From the IMG/VR virus record IMGVR_UViG_3300024264_002047: a stretch of 64,000 nucleotides of DNA. The stretch is one strand, 5' to 3'. The stretch's first letter is position 1. The number at the start of each line of letters is the position of its first letter. The translations under genes were made by a program, and so were the position numbers. The notes beneath the pieces were generated by a model. The model saw only the letters and a program-made list of their open reading frames with translations. It was not told the origin of the DNA and did not search any database. This DNA comes from a virus. Positions 37,796-49,230 of this stretch are shown piece by piece.

Positions 37796-39667
37796 ATGGC
37801 CAAGCAAATAATTAACATCGGAGCATCTGCGAATGACGGGACAGGTGATCCGTTACGTAATGCTTTCGATAAAGCAAACGATAACTTTACGGAAGTATAC
37901 TTAGCATTAGGTAATGCAAATAATCCAATTGATTTATTTGATACCAACGGTGCTTTGGATTTATTAGGTAAACCGCATAAAGTATCATTCTTATATAATA
38001 CGGAGGCTTTGTTAGAAGCAGTTAGTCCATCCACTTATCATGGTGCAATTGGACATGCTCACGACACAGGCGCATTATATTACGCACATGGTACTTGGAA
38101 TAAAGTATTAACAGATACATCAGCAGGAGCGCCTGCGAGTTATGTTGATCCTCTAAACACATTTGTATATTCGGCCAATATTACAAATGATGAAGTAGAT
38201 GGTTACGTTCTCGGCACAAGCGCAAACGGTTCTTATAGTTGGGTTGAAGGTGGCTCAGGTGGAGGCGGTGGCGGATCATTCGCAAACACCGATGTTGATG
38301 GACATTTAAATACAAGTGGTGCAAGTGATAACGAAGTATTAAGTTGGGATGGTTCTGATTATGCTTGGGTTGCTCAACCTGCAGATCAAAACACATTTAC
38401 ACAAATGACTGTTGGCGGTACTACAATTGGTGCAGACAGTGCAACAACTCAAGTTACTTTCGTCGCAGGTTCTAATGTAACAATTGCCGCAGATAATACT
38501 GCTGATACAATTACAATCTCAGCAAGCGGTGGCGGTGGCGGCGGCGGCGGTACAGATCTAAATGGTTTGGCTTCTGGTGCTATTGACCAAACAGCTGATA
38601 GTATTGCATTCGTTGATGCTGATGACTCAGGTAATTCAAAGAAAGAAACAGTTGCTGATTTTGTTTCAGCAATTACAGACGGCACAACAATTACAACAAG
38701 CACAGGTGTTGCTTCTGTTGAATCTTCAATTAGATATGCCGATTCAAAAGTAGACACTCACTTAAATGTTTCTGGTGCTTCGGCTAATCAATTCCTACAA
38801 TGGAGTGGTACTGATTATCAGTGGGCTGCAGCAAGTGGCGGAGGTGGTTCTTCAACCTTCGCTGCATTAACTGAAATTGCTCTTGCTGATTTAGATGTAC
38901 ATGATATTGCAGTTCCTGCTACGTCAGTTCATGTAATGACACCTAATGGTTCATCTGCATATCGTTCTGATATTCATGGGACAACTGATAATCCATCGCT
39001 ATATGTTAATGCAGGCGAAACAATCGCATTTGATTTAACAAGTGTTACTGCTTCTCATCCGTTTGAAATTCGTTCAGACGCAAGTACTGCATACGGTACA
39101 GGTCTTATCCATATTGCTGCTGACGGTACAAGAACAACTGGTTCAAGTGCTCAAGGAAAAACAAGTGGTACATTATATTGGAAAGTTCCAGGATCTATAA
39201 GTGGTACATATAAGTATATTTGTACTGCGCACGCATCGATGATTGGCGATATTGTAATTGCCGATCCTTCTGCAGGTGGTGCAGGTGCATCAAGAGTATC
39301 GGAAGCAGAAACTACATCTTCAATTTCAAACGGTGCCTCGGCTGATGTATCATATTCGACATTAGGCAAATCATTTGGATTACAAAAGATTACAGTAGAT
39401 AAGCAATGTTGGGTAAGAATATATTCTGATACAGCAGCAAGAACAGCAGATGCAACTCGATCACAAGGAACAGATCCTGCAGATGGTTCAGGAGTTATTG
39501 CTGAGATTATCTCAACAACTGCTGGTACTCAAGTATTTAAAATGACACCAGCAATTATCGGTTGGCTTGATAATTCAGAAACAACAGTTCCTGTAGCAGT
39601 TCAAAATAACTCAGGATCTACAGGTACGGTTACTGTCACAATCGACGCACTTAAACTCGAGAGTTAA
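37796..39667 (+). CDS. Fibre/baseplate-attached structural protein with cupredoxin-like domain
   Basis: gp9/gp10-type N-terminus INIG..ANDGTGDPLR.AF; Gly linkers; SHPF...YICTAHASM. Confidence 0.7.
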   Translation: MAKQIINIGASANDGTGDPLRNAFDKANDNFTEVYLALGNANNPIDLFDTNGALDLLGKPHKVSFLYNTEALLEAVSPSTYHGAIGHAHDTGALYYAHGTWNKVLTDTSAGAPASYVDPLNTFVYSANITNDEVDGYVLGTSANGSYSWVEGGSGGGGGGSFANTDVDGHLNTSGASDNEVLSWDGSDYAWVAQPADQNTFTQMTVGGTTIGADSATTQVTFVAGSNVTIAADNTADTITISASGGGGGGGGTDLNGLASGAIDQTADSIAFVDADDSGNSKKETVADFVSAITDGTTITTSTGVASVESSIRYADSKVDTHLNVSGASANQFLQWSGTDYQWAAASGGGGSSTFAALTEIALADLDVHDIAVPATSVHVMTPNGSSAYRSDIHGTTDNPSLYVNAGETIAFDLTSVTASHPFEIRSDASTAYGTGLIHIAADGTRTTGSSAQGKTSGTLYWKVPGSISGTYKYICTAHASMIGDIVIADPSAGGAGASRVSEAETTSSISNGASADVSYSTLGKSFGLQKITVDKQCWVRIYSDTAARTADATRSQGTDPADGSGVIAEIISTTAGTQVFKMTPAIIGWLDNSETTVPVAVQNNSGSTGTVTVTIDALKLES

Positions 39668-39670
39668 TAA

Positions 39671-41557
39671 ATGGAAAAGCAACTTTACAACATAGTTATG
39701 CTACCGGGTGTTCCTGAATTGGACCTCCTGGAAAACGAAGCAAGTGGAATGGAGTTAAAAATTAACCCAGATCTATTTGATGGTTTGATAACTATGAAGT
39801 TAACTGAGGAAGAAGCAGAAACAATTATAGCAAGTGGTAAAGTTCAAGAATGTAGAGTAGAGAAAACCCCAATTGATATGGCCTATCCTACAACAACACC
39901 AAAATACGAAAGTGGTACAGTAACATATCGCACAAGATATATTCCAAGTGGTGCACCGTCAACTGTTGGTGCAACATCAACTGGTTTAAATATGTTTTTC
40001 ACAAGTGAGTTTACGGCTCCTAATGGTACTCCACCTTTTGGATGGTTCCAAGATCCTGAATACCGTTTTACCGATACAGTGAAACAAAACTTTGCTGGTG
40101 ATTATGTAGATATTGTTGCGATAGAAGCAGGTACTCCTAACTCTGCTTATGCCAATCATATTAATCATGTAGACTTTGCAGAATTAAATGATCCAAGCAC
40201 ACCAAGATTTATACCTATGGATTGGTCATCTGTTTCTTCAAGTTTAAACGATAATAGAAACAATCAAATCACAAATCCTAATGACAAGTTTTCTTCTCAT
40301 GCAATTGGTGTACTTAGTGCAGCAGGTGGTAAATTTTGTAGTTGGGGTAAGAATTCTTCATTAAGAGTTATTTACTTATCAGATGGAGTTACCGCTGCAT
40401 ATTATGGCGCGCTTCAATGGCATATTTCAAAACCTGTAAATCCTGCGACTGGTGTTCGTAATGCAACTGTCGTAACAGGAGCATGGGGATATAATAGCAA
40501 CCACCAAAGAATGTATCGTTGTGATCATATTCAAGCATTAGATGTATTTAATCCTGACACTGGAATAAACACAGTTATTAATAGACCTGTAGGAAATTCT
40601 TGGGGTACTGACTTAACACCATTTACTGATAATATGTTTATTCCAAGAGTTGTTCAAGATCCTACAGATGGACAGGACTATTGGTGTATTTCAGTTAATG
40701 AAGAAACAAGACAATCTTTCTATGATACGATCATGTCACAGTTTAATAACTATAATGGAATTTATCATTTCAAGTCTGCAGGTAATGATACTGGCATCGC
40801 GGTAGATCCTGAAGATGCAAGATGGAATAATAAAATCATTGTTGGTGTTGGAGCGAATGGTATTTTAAATACAACAGACAGTGAAGGAAGAATTCAGCTT
40901 ACCTCTATTACAAGTAGTAATGCTTTATCTTTTTATCCTTTACGAACTGAAATTGAAGGTGGTGCAAATCAGTTTACAATTGCTGCTTGTCAACAAGATG
41001 ATGTAAACAGATTAATGGATGATTACAGTACAAGAGGACCGATGATTGATTTTGCTGCTTATGGTGCATATACTTGGACAAGCAGTGGTTCAGGAACTAC
41101 TTATGCGGATGGCAAATGGGGATACTTTAGTGGAACAAGTTGTGCTGCTCCTGTCGCCGCGTCTTGTGCAACAGTATTCTTAGATTGGTATTTTACTCAA
41201 AGAGGAGTATATCCAAGCATAGCAGAATTAAAAGCGTTAATGAAAAAACATGCTAAAGCAAATTTAATTGGAGAAGATCTATTTGACTTTTCTAATACTG
41301 TAACAGCAGGCAATTATGGTTCAGCGAAATTATATAACGCTAACGAAGTAAATAGACTTAAAGATAATAATTATATAAATGGTGGAGCGGAATTGACTGA
41401 ACTATGTGGAACTCCTCCATTAAGAGTACATATACCTTGGGGTATAAGAATGGGAAGCGGAAGATACATCGCAGGCGGATCAGAGCAAACGGCTGAAGGT
41501 AGAAGACCTATTTCTGGGAGAGCATGGCCTCGACCAAAGGTTTCTTTCAGTTCCTAG
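39671..41557 (+). CDS. Subtilisin-like (S8) serine protease
   Basis: SHAIG (His), SAGND (oxyanion Asn), SGTSCAAP (Ser). Confidence 0.8.
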   Translation: MEKQLYNIVMLPGVPELDLLENEASGMELKINPDLFDGLITMKLTEEEAETIIASGKVQECRVEKTPIDMAYPTTTPKYESGTVTYRTRYIPSGAPSTVGATSTGLNMFFTSEFTAPNGTPPFGWFQDPEYRFTDTVKQNFAGDYVDIVAIEAGTPNSAYANHINHVDFAELNDPSTPRFIPMDWSSVSSSLNDNRNNQITNPNDKFSSHAIGVLSAAGGKFCSWGKNSSLRVIYLSDGVTAAYYGALQWHISKPVNPATGVRNATVVTGAWGYNSNHQRMYRCDHIQALDVFNPDTGINTVINRPVGNSWGTDLTPFTDNMFIPRVVQDPTDGQDYWCISVNEETRQSFYDTIMSQFNNYNGIYHFKSAGNDTGIAVDPEDARWNNKIIVGVGANGILNTTDSEGRIQLTSITSSNALSFYPLRTEIEGGANQFTIAACQQDDVNRLMDDYSTRGPMIDFAAYGAYTWTSSGSGTTYADGKWGYFSGTSCAAPVAASCATVFLDWYFTQRGVYPSIAELKALMKKHAKANLIGEDLFDFSNTVTAGNYGSAKLYNANEVNRLKDNNYINGGAELTELCGTPPLRVHIPWGIRMGSGRYIAGGSEQTAEGRRPISGRAWPRPKVSFSS

Positions 41558-41602
41558 GATGTTCGTAATAAATAAACTAAAATATAGAGTGATACTGAAA
41601 CA

Positions 41603-43567
41603 ATGCCAGAAATCTTAAGTAACAATTTTAATCAAGATATAAACAAGTTATTCATTGCTGATGCAAAAGCGAATGATGACTATTACATGTTTGTGTCCAG
41701 TATTGGTGGTATAACTCCAGCAGATTCAGCTTCTTCACAAAATGAGTTTTTAGAAAAGACTTTATTTGCGAAAAGAATTGCTGAAAAAGATATCAACTTC
41801 ATGGTAAAATACTACCCTTGGCAAAGAGGTGTGGTTTATGAAGAATACGACGATATAACTGATTTAGACTCAATCAAGTTTTACGCAGTTGTCGGTCCTA
41901 ATGATAATGATACTGGTGATTATAGAATCTATAAATGTTTAAACAATAATGAACGTGCTGATGCCAGTTCTCCACCTACATTTGACTCTGCTAATTTAAA
42001 TCAAATTTACGAAACTGCAGACGGCTATGTTTGGAAGTATATGTATCGTCTCACTACATTACAATTCGAGGCCTATAATGCTTTAGGTTATATTCCAATT
42101 GATCCTGCTGCAACTATTGAACCAGCCGCGGTTTACGGTGGTGGTATTTCAGAGATACAAGTTACGAATGCAGATTCAAACCAAGGATACATTGAAAAGA
42201 ATGGTGTAATTGAAATTGCTTACGGAAGAACAGGTGGTTATAATGTTCACGGTCTTGTTGGATTACAGATAGATCCTAGAGAACAAGATTGGAGTAACAT
42301 TGATAATTACTATGTAGGTCAATTCCTATATGTAACAAATCAAAGCTCAAGTGTTACGAATCTATTTAAAATAGAATATTATAAAGCAAACACATCAACA
42401 GGTAAGGTTGAAATACGAGTTAATGGTGAAATAGCAAATCCAACTCGTGGTTCTGTAGAAGGTGCAACGGCAGCAAGCCCAGTTGTTATAACAGCGACTG
42501 ATCATGGATTGGTTGACGGACAACCTATTACTTTCAATAATGTTGGCGGTATGACAGAATTAAATGTTGATCGTTCAACCGGTACTCCTATTTTTTATGT
42601 TGATTCTTTAACTGCAGATACGTTCGCATTAAGATCAACTCCAAACTTATCAACTCCTCTTAACGGTGGAGCGTTTACGGCTTATACCTCAGGCGGTACA
42701 TGGGAAGCTGTAACTGATTTCTTTGTATGTGGTGCAAAGGCTAATGCAAACTGTAAAGTATTCCCAAGAGTAGAAGTATTAGGTGACGGTGTTGGAGCAG
42801 TAGCAATTCCTGAACTTGACAACGGCACGATAAATAAAGTTATCCTATTGAATAAAGGCTCAGGATATAATACAGCAATTGCTAATGTAATAGATCCTGC
42901 AGTTGACTTTATACCAGAGAACGATACTTCAACTGATGTAAGAGCAACAATACGACCAGTGATTGAACCTAAAGGTGGTCACGGTTATAATTTAATTGAT
43001 GAATTAAGATGTAAACATTTATCAATGTACGGTTATATTACTGCAGAAGATAACACAAGGATTGGATTTACAAATACTTATGGATGTATTGGTATCGTAA
43101 AGAGTCCTACCTTTAGAACAGTAACATCAGGAACATGGAGAAGTGGTCAAGCAAACACGGCCGCTGATCCTAACATTTTTGATAATAGAATCGCAATTAC
43201 AACAGATGACTATGCAAAATTAACTGCCAATAGTGTAATCTCGCAAGTTGATGTAAATAACGATGTTATATTTACAGCGCAAGTACATGAGATTGATTCT
43301 ACATCAAATACAATATTTTTAGCAGAATATATGGGACCATATAGAAATAATGAGTTAGTTGGTAACGGGGATACATCATTTAACCCAGAACTAGCAATAA
43401 CCTCAAATACTGGTCAGAGAATAACAATAAATAATCCTATAGAAGATAATGTAGTTTATTCAGATTATATTCAAAGAACGGGCGAGGTTTATTTCATGGA
43501 AGATTTCTTCCCATTGTCAAGAACTGACCTCTCAAGAGAAGAATTTAAATTTGTACTGGAATTTTAA
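41603..43567 (+). CDS. gp8: Baseplate wedge subunit
   Basis: W..G..Y..YD, YKCLNN, DGYVWKYMY, GGHG.N...EL, E..K.VLEF. Confidence 0.85.
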   Translation: MPEILSNNFNQDINKLFIADAKANDDYYMFVSSIGGITPADSASSQNEFLEKTLFAKRIAEKDINFMVKYYPWQRGVVYEEYDDITDLDSIKFYAVVGPNDNDTGDYRIYKCLNNNERADASSPPTFDSANLNQIYETADGYVWKYMYRLTTLQFEAYNALGYIPIDPAATIEPAAVYGGGISEIQVTNADSNQGYIEKNGVIEIAYGRTGGYNVHGLVGLQIDPREQDWSNIDNYYVGQFLYVTNQSSSVTNLFKIEYYKANTSTGKVEIRVNGEIANPTRGSVEGATAASPVVITATDHGLVDGQPITFNNVGGMTELNVDRSTGTPIFYVDSLTADTFALRSTPNLSTPLNGGAFTAYTSGGTWEAVTDFFVCGAKANANCKVFPRVEVLGDGVGAVAIPELDNGTINKVILLNKGSGYNTAIANVIDPAVDFIPENDTSTDVRATIRPVIEPKGGHGYNLIDELRCKHLSMYGYITAEDNTRIGFTNTYGCIGIVKSPTFRTVTSGTWRSGQANTAADPNIFDNRIAITTDDYAKLTANSVISQVDVNNDVIFTAQVHEIDSTSNTIFLAEYMGPYRNNELVGNGDTSFNPELAITSNTGQRITINNPIEDNVVYSDYIQRTGEVYFMEDFFPLSRTDLSREEFKFVLEF

Positions 43568-43582
43568 GGAACGTAAGTAAAG

Positions 43583-46500
43583 ATGCCTATTAATAAAAAT
43601 TTAAACCAAGCACCATACTTCGATGACTATGATGCCGAGAAGCAGTTCTATCGAGTTATGTTCAAGCCTGGCTATGCAATACAGGCAAGGGAACTTACAC
43701 AACTCCAGACAATGCTTCAGAATCAGGTCGAGTCGTTTGGTGATAACGTATTTAAAGAAGGATCGGTTGTAAAGGGTTGTAACTTTACAGAACTTGATGA
43801 TCTTCAATTTGTAAAACTAAATGACGTTTCAGCCAGCTTTAACGCAGAAGCATATATTAGTGGACCTGCAGTTGAAACAATATTAGGTCAAGAAGTTGAA
43901 GTCGATTATGTTTACGAAATCCGTGGTCAAGCAACAGGTCTTAAAGCAGAAATTGTTCAAGCATCAAAAGGCTTTCAAACAAGACCACCAAATCTAAATA
44001 CATTCTTTATTAACTATTTAAATATTGGTGTTCTAGGTCAGACTCAATTCCAGGCTGGTGAAGCATTAGTATTAACAAGATATAAGTTCTTACGTGGAAC
44101 AACTACCGAAGCATTAACGACCAATACTGTTATAAGTCAAGGTCTTGAAGTTTATGGCGGTGGTGCAACTCCTGCAGTCGGTAAAGCATTCGGTATCGAA
44201 GCTGCTCCTGGTATTATATTTCAGAAAGGCCACTTTATATTTACAGCAGAGCAAAGATTAGTTGTTGAAAAATATAGTAACACTCCTGATGACAAATCAG
44301 TAGGTTATTTAGTTGAAGAAAAATTCACAAGTGCAATACAAGATGCAAGCTTATACGATAACGCAAACGGTGCTAAAAACGAAAACGCACCTGGTGCAGA
44401 CAGATTAAATCTTGTTCCTACGTTAACAGTATTAACAACATCAGAAGGAACGGCAAACCCAGACTTCTTTACATTGATTCGTTATCAAAATGGTAATCCA
44501 ATTACTATTCGTGATGTATCGCAATATAATGTATTAGGCGAGGAAATGGCTCGACGTACTTACGAAGAGTCTGGTAACTATATCTTAGAGAACTTCCCAT
44601 TAAGTACAGATGACCGTGCTGGTGAAGTACAACTTGTCGTAGGTAATGGTACTGCCTATGTAAAAGGTTATAGAATAGAAAATTCTGGTGAGCGTTCATT
44701 CCAAATAGATCAAATAGCATCAACCGAAACAATTGAAGCGCAAAACGTTGGAATGGAATACGGAAACTATTTTGAAATAGATCAGTCATCTGCAAGTCGT
44801 GGTTATATTGATCTTAATCTTCAAGTTAAATCAGATATTCAAACAGCATCAAGTCAATCTGCAGGTTCTGTAGCAGTACATAATATAACACCATCGAGAG
44901 TTTATATTCATCACGCTGCTTTCACTGGTGCTCAACCACTTTCAAGTGTTACTAAATTAAACGATGCAAGTAATGGTAGCGGTGACTTACCTCTTAAGGT
45001 AACTGGATTTGGCGCTCCTATTATTAAAGAAACAAACCGAAAGGCTTTAATCTTTGATACAGGTGTTGATGGTTTATTCGCAACTACAAATACATACATT
45101 CCTGTAAGAACGCAAGTAACAGGAACTGCTACATCTGGTACTATTACTATTACAGCAAATCCTGGTGAAGATTTTAATTGCATAAACGATATTTCAGAGA
45201 TCTTAGTTAATCAGGCTGGTGTTCAACACCCAGTGATTAGTAAAACTGTTCAATTAAATAATTCACAACTTAATATTGTTTGTGATTCAGCTTTAAATGG
45301 ATCAGTAGAAATATTCTTTAATAAAAGGCTTGTAGGTTCCTCAGGTGGAATTGATCCTTTTAATAAAACAGTTACACTGCCATGTATTAAATCAAATTAT
45401 ACAACATCAGTAAGCAAATACAGTTTAGGTTTCCCTGATGTATTTGGAATCGTTTCTATTATTACTGAAGGAACGGGCCCTGGTGGAATTAATGAAGATT
45501 GGACAAACAGTTTCCGATTAAAAACAAATCAAAAAGATACGATGTATGATATATCTTATATAGAATATATTGAAGGTCGACCTAAGCCTGCTAATGGCAT
45601 TCTTGTTACAACAATGAAGGCATTTAAATTATCGGCTTCAACAGGAAACTATTTCTTTACAATTAACAGTTATCCGAATACGTTAGAAAGATATGAGATT
45701 CCTTCTTATACATCTGAGTCAGGTCAAGTTTATAACTTAAGAGATTGTTTCGATTTCAGACCTCATGTAGATAAGATCTCAAATGCAAACTATACAGCAA
45801 CGATACCTGCACAGGCTCCAACGATTACAACGACAGTAGGAACGCAACCAATAACATTTGCGACTGCTCCTAATCCGTTAATACCTGCTGCACAGCAATC
45901 ATTACAAACAGATCTTGAACATTACCTATCAAGAATTGATACAATTGCTTGTGATTCTTATGGTGATATTATTTTAATAAAAGGTGAAGAGCAAAAGAAC
46001 GCAATTCCACCTAAACTTGAAACAGATCAATTAGCAATCGCAAACGTTGAGATTCCAACGTTCCCTGCATTGTCCAAGAAACAATCTGATATTTTAAATA
46101 AGTCTGCGTATTCTATTAAGCCAAGAGCAACTGGTATTAAGAATTACACAATGAAAGATATGCATCAATTAGAAAAGAAAATTGATAACATGGCATATTA
46201 TATTTCATTAAATCAATTAGAATCAGAAACATCGAATATGGTTATTCGTGATGAGAACGGTTTAAATAGATTTAAGAATGGCTTTGTTGTAGATCCTTTT
46301 AACAACCTGGAGTTATCAGAAGTACAACATCCACAATTTAATGCTGCTGTACCATTTAATAAAAAGATATTAACTCCTTCGTTGAAAACGTTTGCGTTAG
46401 ATCTTAAATATGATTCAGCAACAGGTTCTTCAGTATTCCCATCTACCGCTGATGCTAAAGTAGCAACAATTGGAAGAAATAGTAATGTTGATATTATTAA

Positions 46501-49033
46501 TCAGCCTTATGCTTCAAACTTTAGAAACTGTGTAAGTAACTTTTATAAGTATGTGGGTGATGGAGTTATATCTCCACCTTACGATGCTGCTTATGATACA
46601 ACAGTTAATCCTGCTTCTATTGATATTGATTTAACAACTCCTTTCCAAGAATTTGTTGATAGTATTCAATCGTTCTTACCAATGACGGATGTATCAACTG
46701 CTCGAAACTTTGTCCGTGACGGAGGCCGAAGAGGAAGACGTGGTGCAGGCGTTGAAACAATGACAACTACAACAAGAACAAGTGAAATTGTAATTGATGA
46801 TTCAAATGTTACAGAAAACTTTGTTGGTGAATTTGTTTCTGACTTTAGATTCCAACCTTATATGGCATCGAGAGATATTAAAATTTATATGTCAGGATTA
46901 AGACCTAATCAAAGACATTACTTCTTCTTTGATGGTGTTGATGTAAACGCACATATATTAAATGGTTCTAATACGGCTAACTCGGTTGGTGAAGTAGCAA
47001 GAATGGGAGTGAAAGGCGCTTCTGTAGAAACAGATGCAAACGGTGTATTAAGAGCTGTATTCCACTTACCTGCTGAAACATTCTATGTAGGTGATAGAGT
47101 ATTAGAAATCGTTGACGTAAGTCAATATGCAAGTATTGATTCTGCTTCAACTTCAAAAGGATTCGTTACTTATCGAGCATATAACTTCAGTGTTGAGAAA
47201 ACAAGTTTAACAACTTCAACAAGATCTCCAAACTTCGATGTAAATACTACAGTAACAACAAGAAACGTTGCTCGACGTATTCGAGGTAGAGATCCACTTG
47301 CACAAACATTCTTTATTAAGAAAGGTATGGGTGCAGGTTCTAATTCAGTTTACTTATCTGATATTGATGTATTCTTTAAACGTAAACCAGTAAACAGTGG
47401 CGGTGGTGCTAGTGCAACGGCTGCTCTGAATGGTGTTACAGTTCAAATAAGAGAAGTTGTAAACGGTTATCCAACGAATCAAATATTGCCTTTCTCTGCG
47501 GTTCATAAGTTGCCTGCTAATGTAAATGTATCTGATGATGCATCTTTGGCAACAACATTTACCTTTGAAGCACCAGTACGATTAGACACAGAAAAAGAAT
47601 ATTCAGTTGTCATTCAGCCTGATGCATCAGATCCTAATTACCTTGTATTTACTTCTAAGGTTGGTGGAATTGATTTAACACCAGGGGCAACAAAAGGTTC
47701 TGCTATTACTCAGGATTGGGGTGACGGTGTTCTATTTACTTCAACAAATAACTCTGCTTGGAAATCATATCAAGACGAAGATATTAAATTTACTTTAAGA
47801 AGACATAACTTTAATTCTTCAACTGGTACTGTTAGGTTAACAAATAACAATCATGAGTTCTTAACTCTCAATAATGTTACAGGCAAGTTTACTCCAGGTG
47901 AATTAATTTATCAGGAAATTACTTTAACTGATCCTGCTCAGAATATTGCTGCAGTTTCCGCTAAACTTATTACAGGCGGAACAGGCCTAACAGATAATTA
48001 TGCGGTTGGTGATTTTATAAAACTTACCTCAACACTATCAGGTAATGCTATTGAAATACATAAGATTGCCGCGGTAACAAATGCAAGTGAAATGGTATTG
48101 GAATCACCAGCAGGTTTCACTAGTTCACTTACACACAGTCCTGTCGTTGTTGGTGAATTGGATATGTATGATGTAAGTAGAGATCCATATGAATGTCATC
48201 TGGTTAACTCTTCAGCAACAAGTGTAAAAACATTTGCGGTAGGTACATTGATTAAAGGATTGGATAGTACAAGTACTTCTAATGTTGCTTCTATTAATAA
48301 TATCAATTTAAGTTATATTCAACCGATGATTATGAAAGCAAATGATTCATCGTCAAGAACAAGATTATCAGGTACGTTTGTTCCACCGGCTGATTTAAAT
48401 GCTACTTACTTGAAGCCAATGCAATTTAATGACAATAACCACTTTACAGAAAAAGGTGTTGTTCTTTATAGTAAATCCAATGATCCAAATGGAGCAAAAT
48501 CATTTAAGTTAAATGTTACTCTTGAGAATGACAGTAATGTTACCTCTACTCCGTTTGTTGATATTGAATCTTCTAAACTTATTGCATATCAATATAAGAT
48601 TACTAACGTTGCAGATACTACTTGTAAGTATATCAGTAAGAGAATTGAATTGGCAGAAGATCTTGATGCAGAAGATTTTGAATTAACACTTTCTGCTTAT
48701 CGTCCTGCTGATACTAATATTAAAGTTTATATTAAAGCGCAAAATGGATACGACTTTGACGAATTCGATAATTTAGCATGGACTGAATTAGAATTATTCG
48801 AAGGTTTGGGTTCATTCTCTACTGCTGTTAATCTTGATGATTATCGAGAGTTTAAATATAAGATTGCCAATAGTGATAAGACAGGTGGAAATCCTGGTTC
48901 GGCATTTGCATATACAAGCCAAGGCGGAGCGTTTGAAGGATTTAAGAGATTCCAAATACGAATTGACTTACTGTCACCAAACATTCATAACGCGCCGACG
49001 TTGAAAGACTATCGCGGCATTGCCCTAACTTAG
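43583..49033 (+). CDS. Large virion structural protein (DUF4815/VrlC-like)
   Basis: N..PYFDD, F.PG..QARELTQLQ, APGADR, ARRT.EESG.Y, RFKNGF.VD.F, DPLAQTF. Confidence 0.85.
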   Translation: MPINKNLNQAPYFDDYDAEKQFYRVMFKPGYAIQARELTQLQTMLQNQVESFGDNVFKEGSVVKGCNFTELDDLQFVKLNDVSASFNAEAYISGPAVETILGQEVEVDYVYEIRGQATGLKAEIVQASKGFQTRPPNLNTFFINYLNIGVLGQTQFQAGEALVLTRYKFLRGTTTEALTTNTVISQGLEVYGGGATPAVGKAFGIEAAPGIIFQKGHFIFTAEQRLVVEKYSNTPDDKSVGYLVEEKFTSAIQDASLYDNANGAKNENAPGADRLNLVPTLTVLTTSEGTANPDFFTLIRYQNGNPITIRDVSQYNVLGEEMARRTYEESGNYILENFPLSTDDRAGEVQLVVGNGTAYVKGYRIENSGERSFQIDQIASTETIEAQNVGMEYGNYFEIDQSSASRGYIDLNLQVKSDIQTASSQSAGSVAVHNITPSRVYIHHAAFTGAQPLSSVTKLNDASNGSGDLPLKVTGFGAPIIKETNRKALIFDTGVDGLFATTNTYIPVRTQVTGTATSGTITITANPGEDFNCINDISEILVNQAGVQHPVISKTVQLNNSQLNIVCDSALNGSVEIFFNKRLVGSSGGIDPFNKTVTLPCIKSNYTTSVSKYSLGFPDVFGIVSIITEGTGPGGINEDWTNSFRLKTNQKDTMYDISYIEYIEGRPKPANGILVTTMKAFKLSASTGNYFFTINSYPNTLERYEIPSYTSESGQVYNLRDCFDFRPHVDKISNANYTATIPAQAPTITTTVGTQPITFATAPNPLIPAAQQSLQTDLEHYLSRIDTIACDSYGDIILIKGEEQKNAIPPKLETDQLAIANVEIPTFPALSKKQSDILNKSAYSIKPRATGIKNYTMKDMHQLEKKIDNMAYYISLNQLESETSNMVIRDENGLNRFKNGFVVDPFNNLELSEVQHPQFNAAVPFNKKILTPSLKTFALDLKYDSATGSSVFPSTADAKVATIGRNSNVDIINQPYASNFRNCVSNFYKYVGDGVISPPYDAAYDTTVNPASIDIDLTTPFQEFVDSIQSFLPMTDVSTARNFVRDGGRRGRRGAGVETMTTTTRTSEIVIDDSNVTENFVGEFVSDFRFQPYMASRDIKIYMSGLRPNQRHYFFFDGVDVNAHILNGSNTANSVGEVARMGVKGASVETDANGVLRAVFHLPAETFYVGDRVLEIVDVSQYASIDSASTSKGFVTYRAYNFSVEKTSLTTSTRSPNFDVNTTVTTRNVARRIRGRDPLAQTFFIKKGMGAGSNSVYLSDIDVFFKRKPVNSGGGASATAALNGVTVQIREVVNGYPTNQILPFSAVHKLPANVNVSDDASLATTFTFEAPVRLDTEKEYSVVIQPDASDPNYLVFTSKVGGIDLTPGATKGSAITQDWGDGVLFTSTNNSAWKSYQDEDIKFTLRRHNFNSSTGTVRLTNNNHEFLTLNNVTGKFTPGELIYQEITLTDPAQNIAAVSAKLITGGTGLTDNYAVGDFIKLTSTLSGNAIEIHKIAAVTNASEMVLESPAGFTSSLTHSPVVVGELDMYDVSRDPYECHLVNSSATSVKTFAVGTLIKGLDSTSTSNVASINNINLSYIQPMIMKANDSSSRTRLSGTFVPPADLNATYLKPMQFNDNNHFTEKGVVLYSKSNDPNGAKSFKLNVTLENDSNVTSTPFVDIESSKLIAYQYKITNVADTTCKYISKRIELAEDLDAEDFELTLSAYRPADTNIKVYIKAQNGYDFDEFDNLAWTELELFEGLGSFSTAVNLDDYREFKYKIANSDKTGGNPGSAFAYTSQGGAFEGFKRFQIRIDLLSPNIHNAPTLKDYRGIALT

Positions 49034-49044
49034 GATCAAAAATC

Positions 49045-49230
49045 ATGGCTACCATAAACAGAGACAAAACTTCAGGTGCAATACTTAATACGGATGCTGC
49101 GGCTCTCAATAAATATAAGGTAGAACGGAGTTTTTATCGTAAGGTCGATAGAATACAAACAGACTTGTTAGATATCAAAAAGAGCATACTTGATATCCTT
49201 CAACGACTTGAAAAATTGGAAGAAAAATAA
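49045..49230 (+). CDS. Small coiled-coil hypothetical protein
   Basis: RD..SGAI.N motif; typical neighbour of DUF4815 genes. Confidence 0.7.
   Translation: MATINRDKTSGAILNTDAAALNKYKVERSFYRKVDRIQTDLLDIKKSILDILQRLEKLEEK

Noticed and set aside
22940-49033. Amber (TAG) recoding, suggested by TAG stops in gp26, gp53, gp25, the S8 protease and the DUF4815 gene
   Set aside because: Very long ORFs are intact under the standard code, most TAGs fall at expected protein ends, and no suppressor tRNA is in the window
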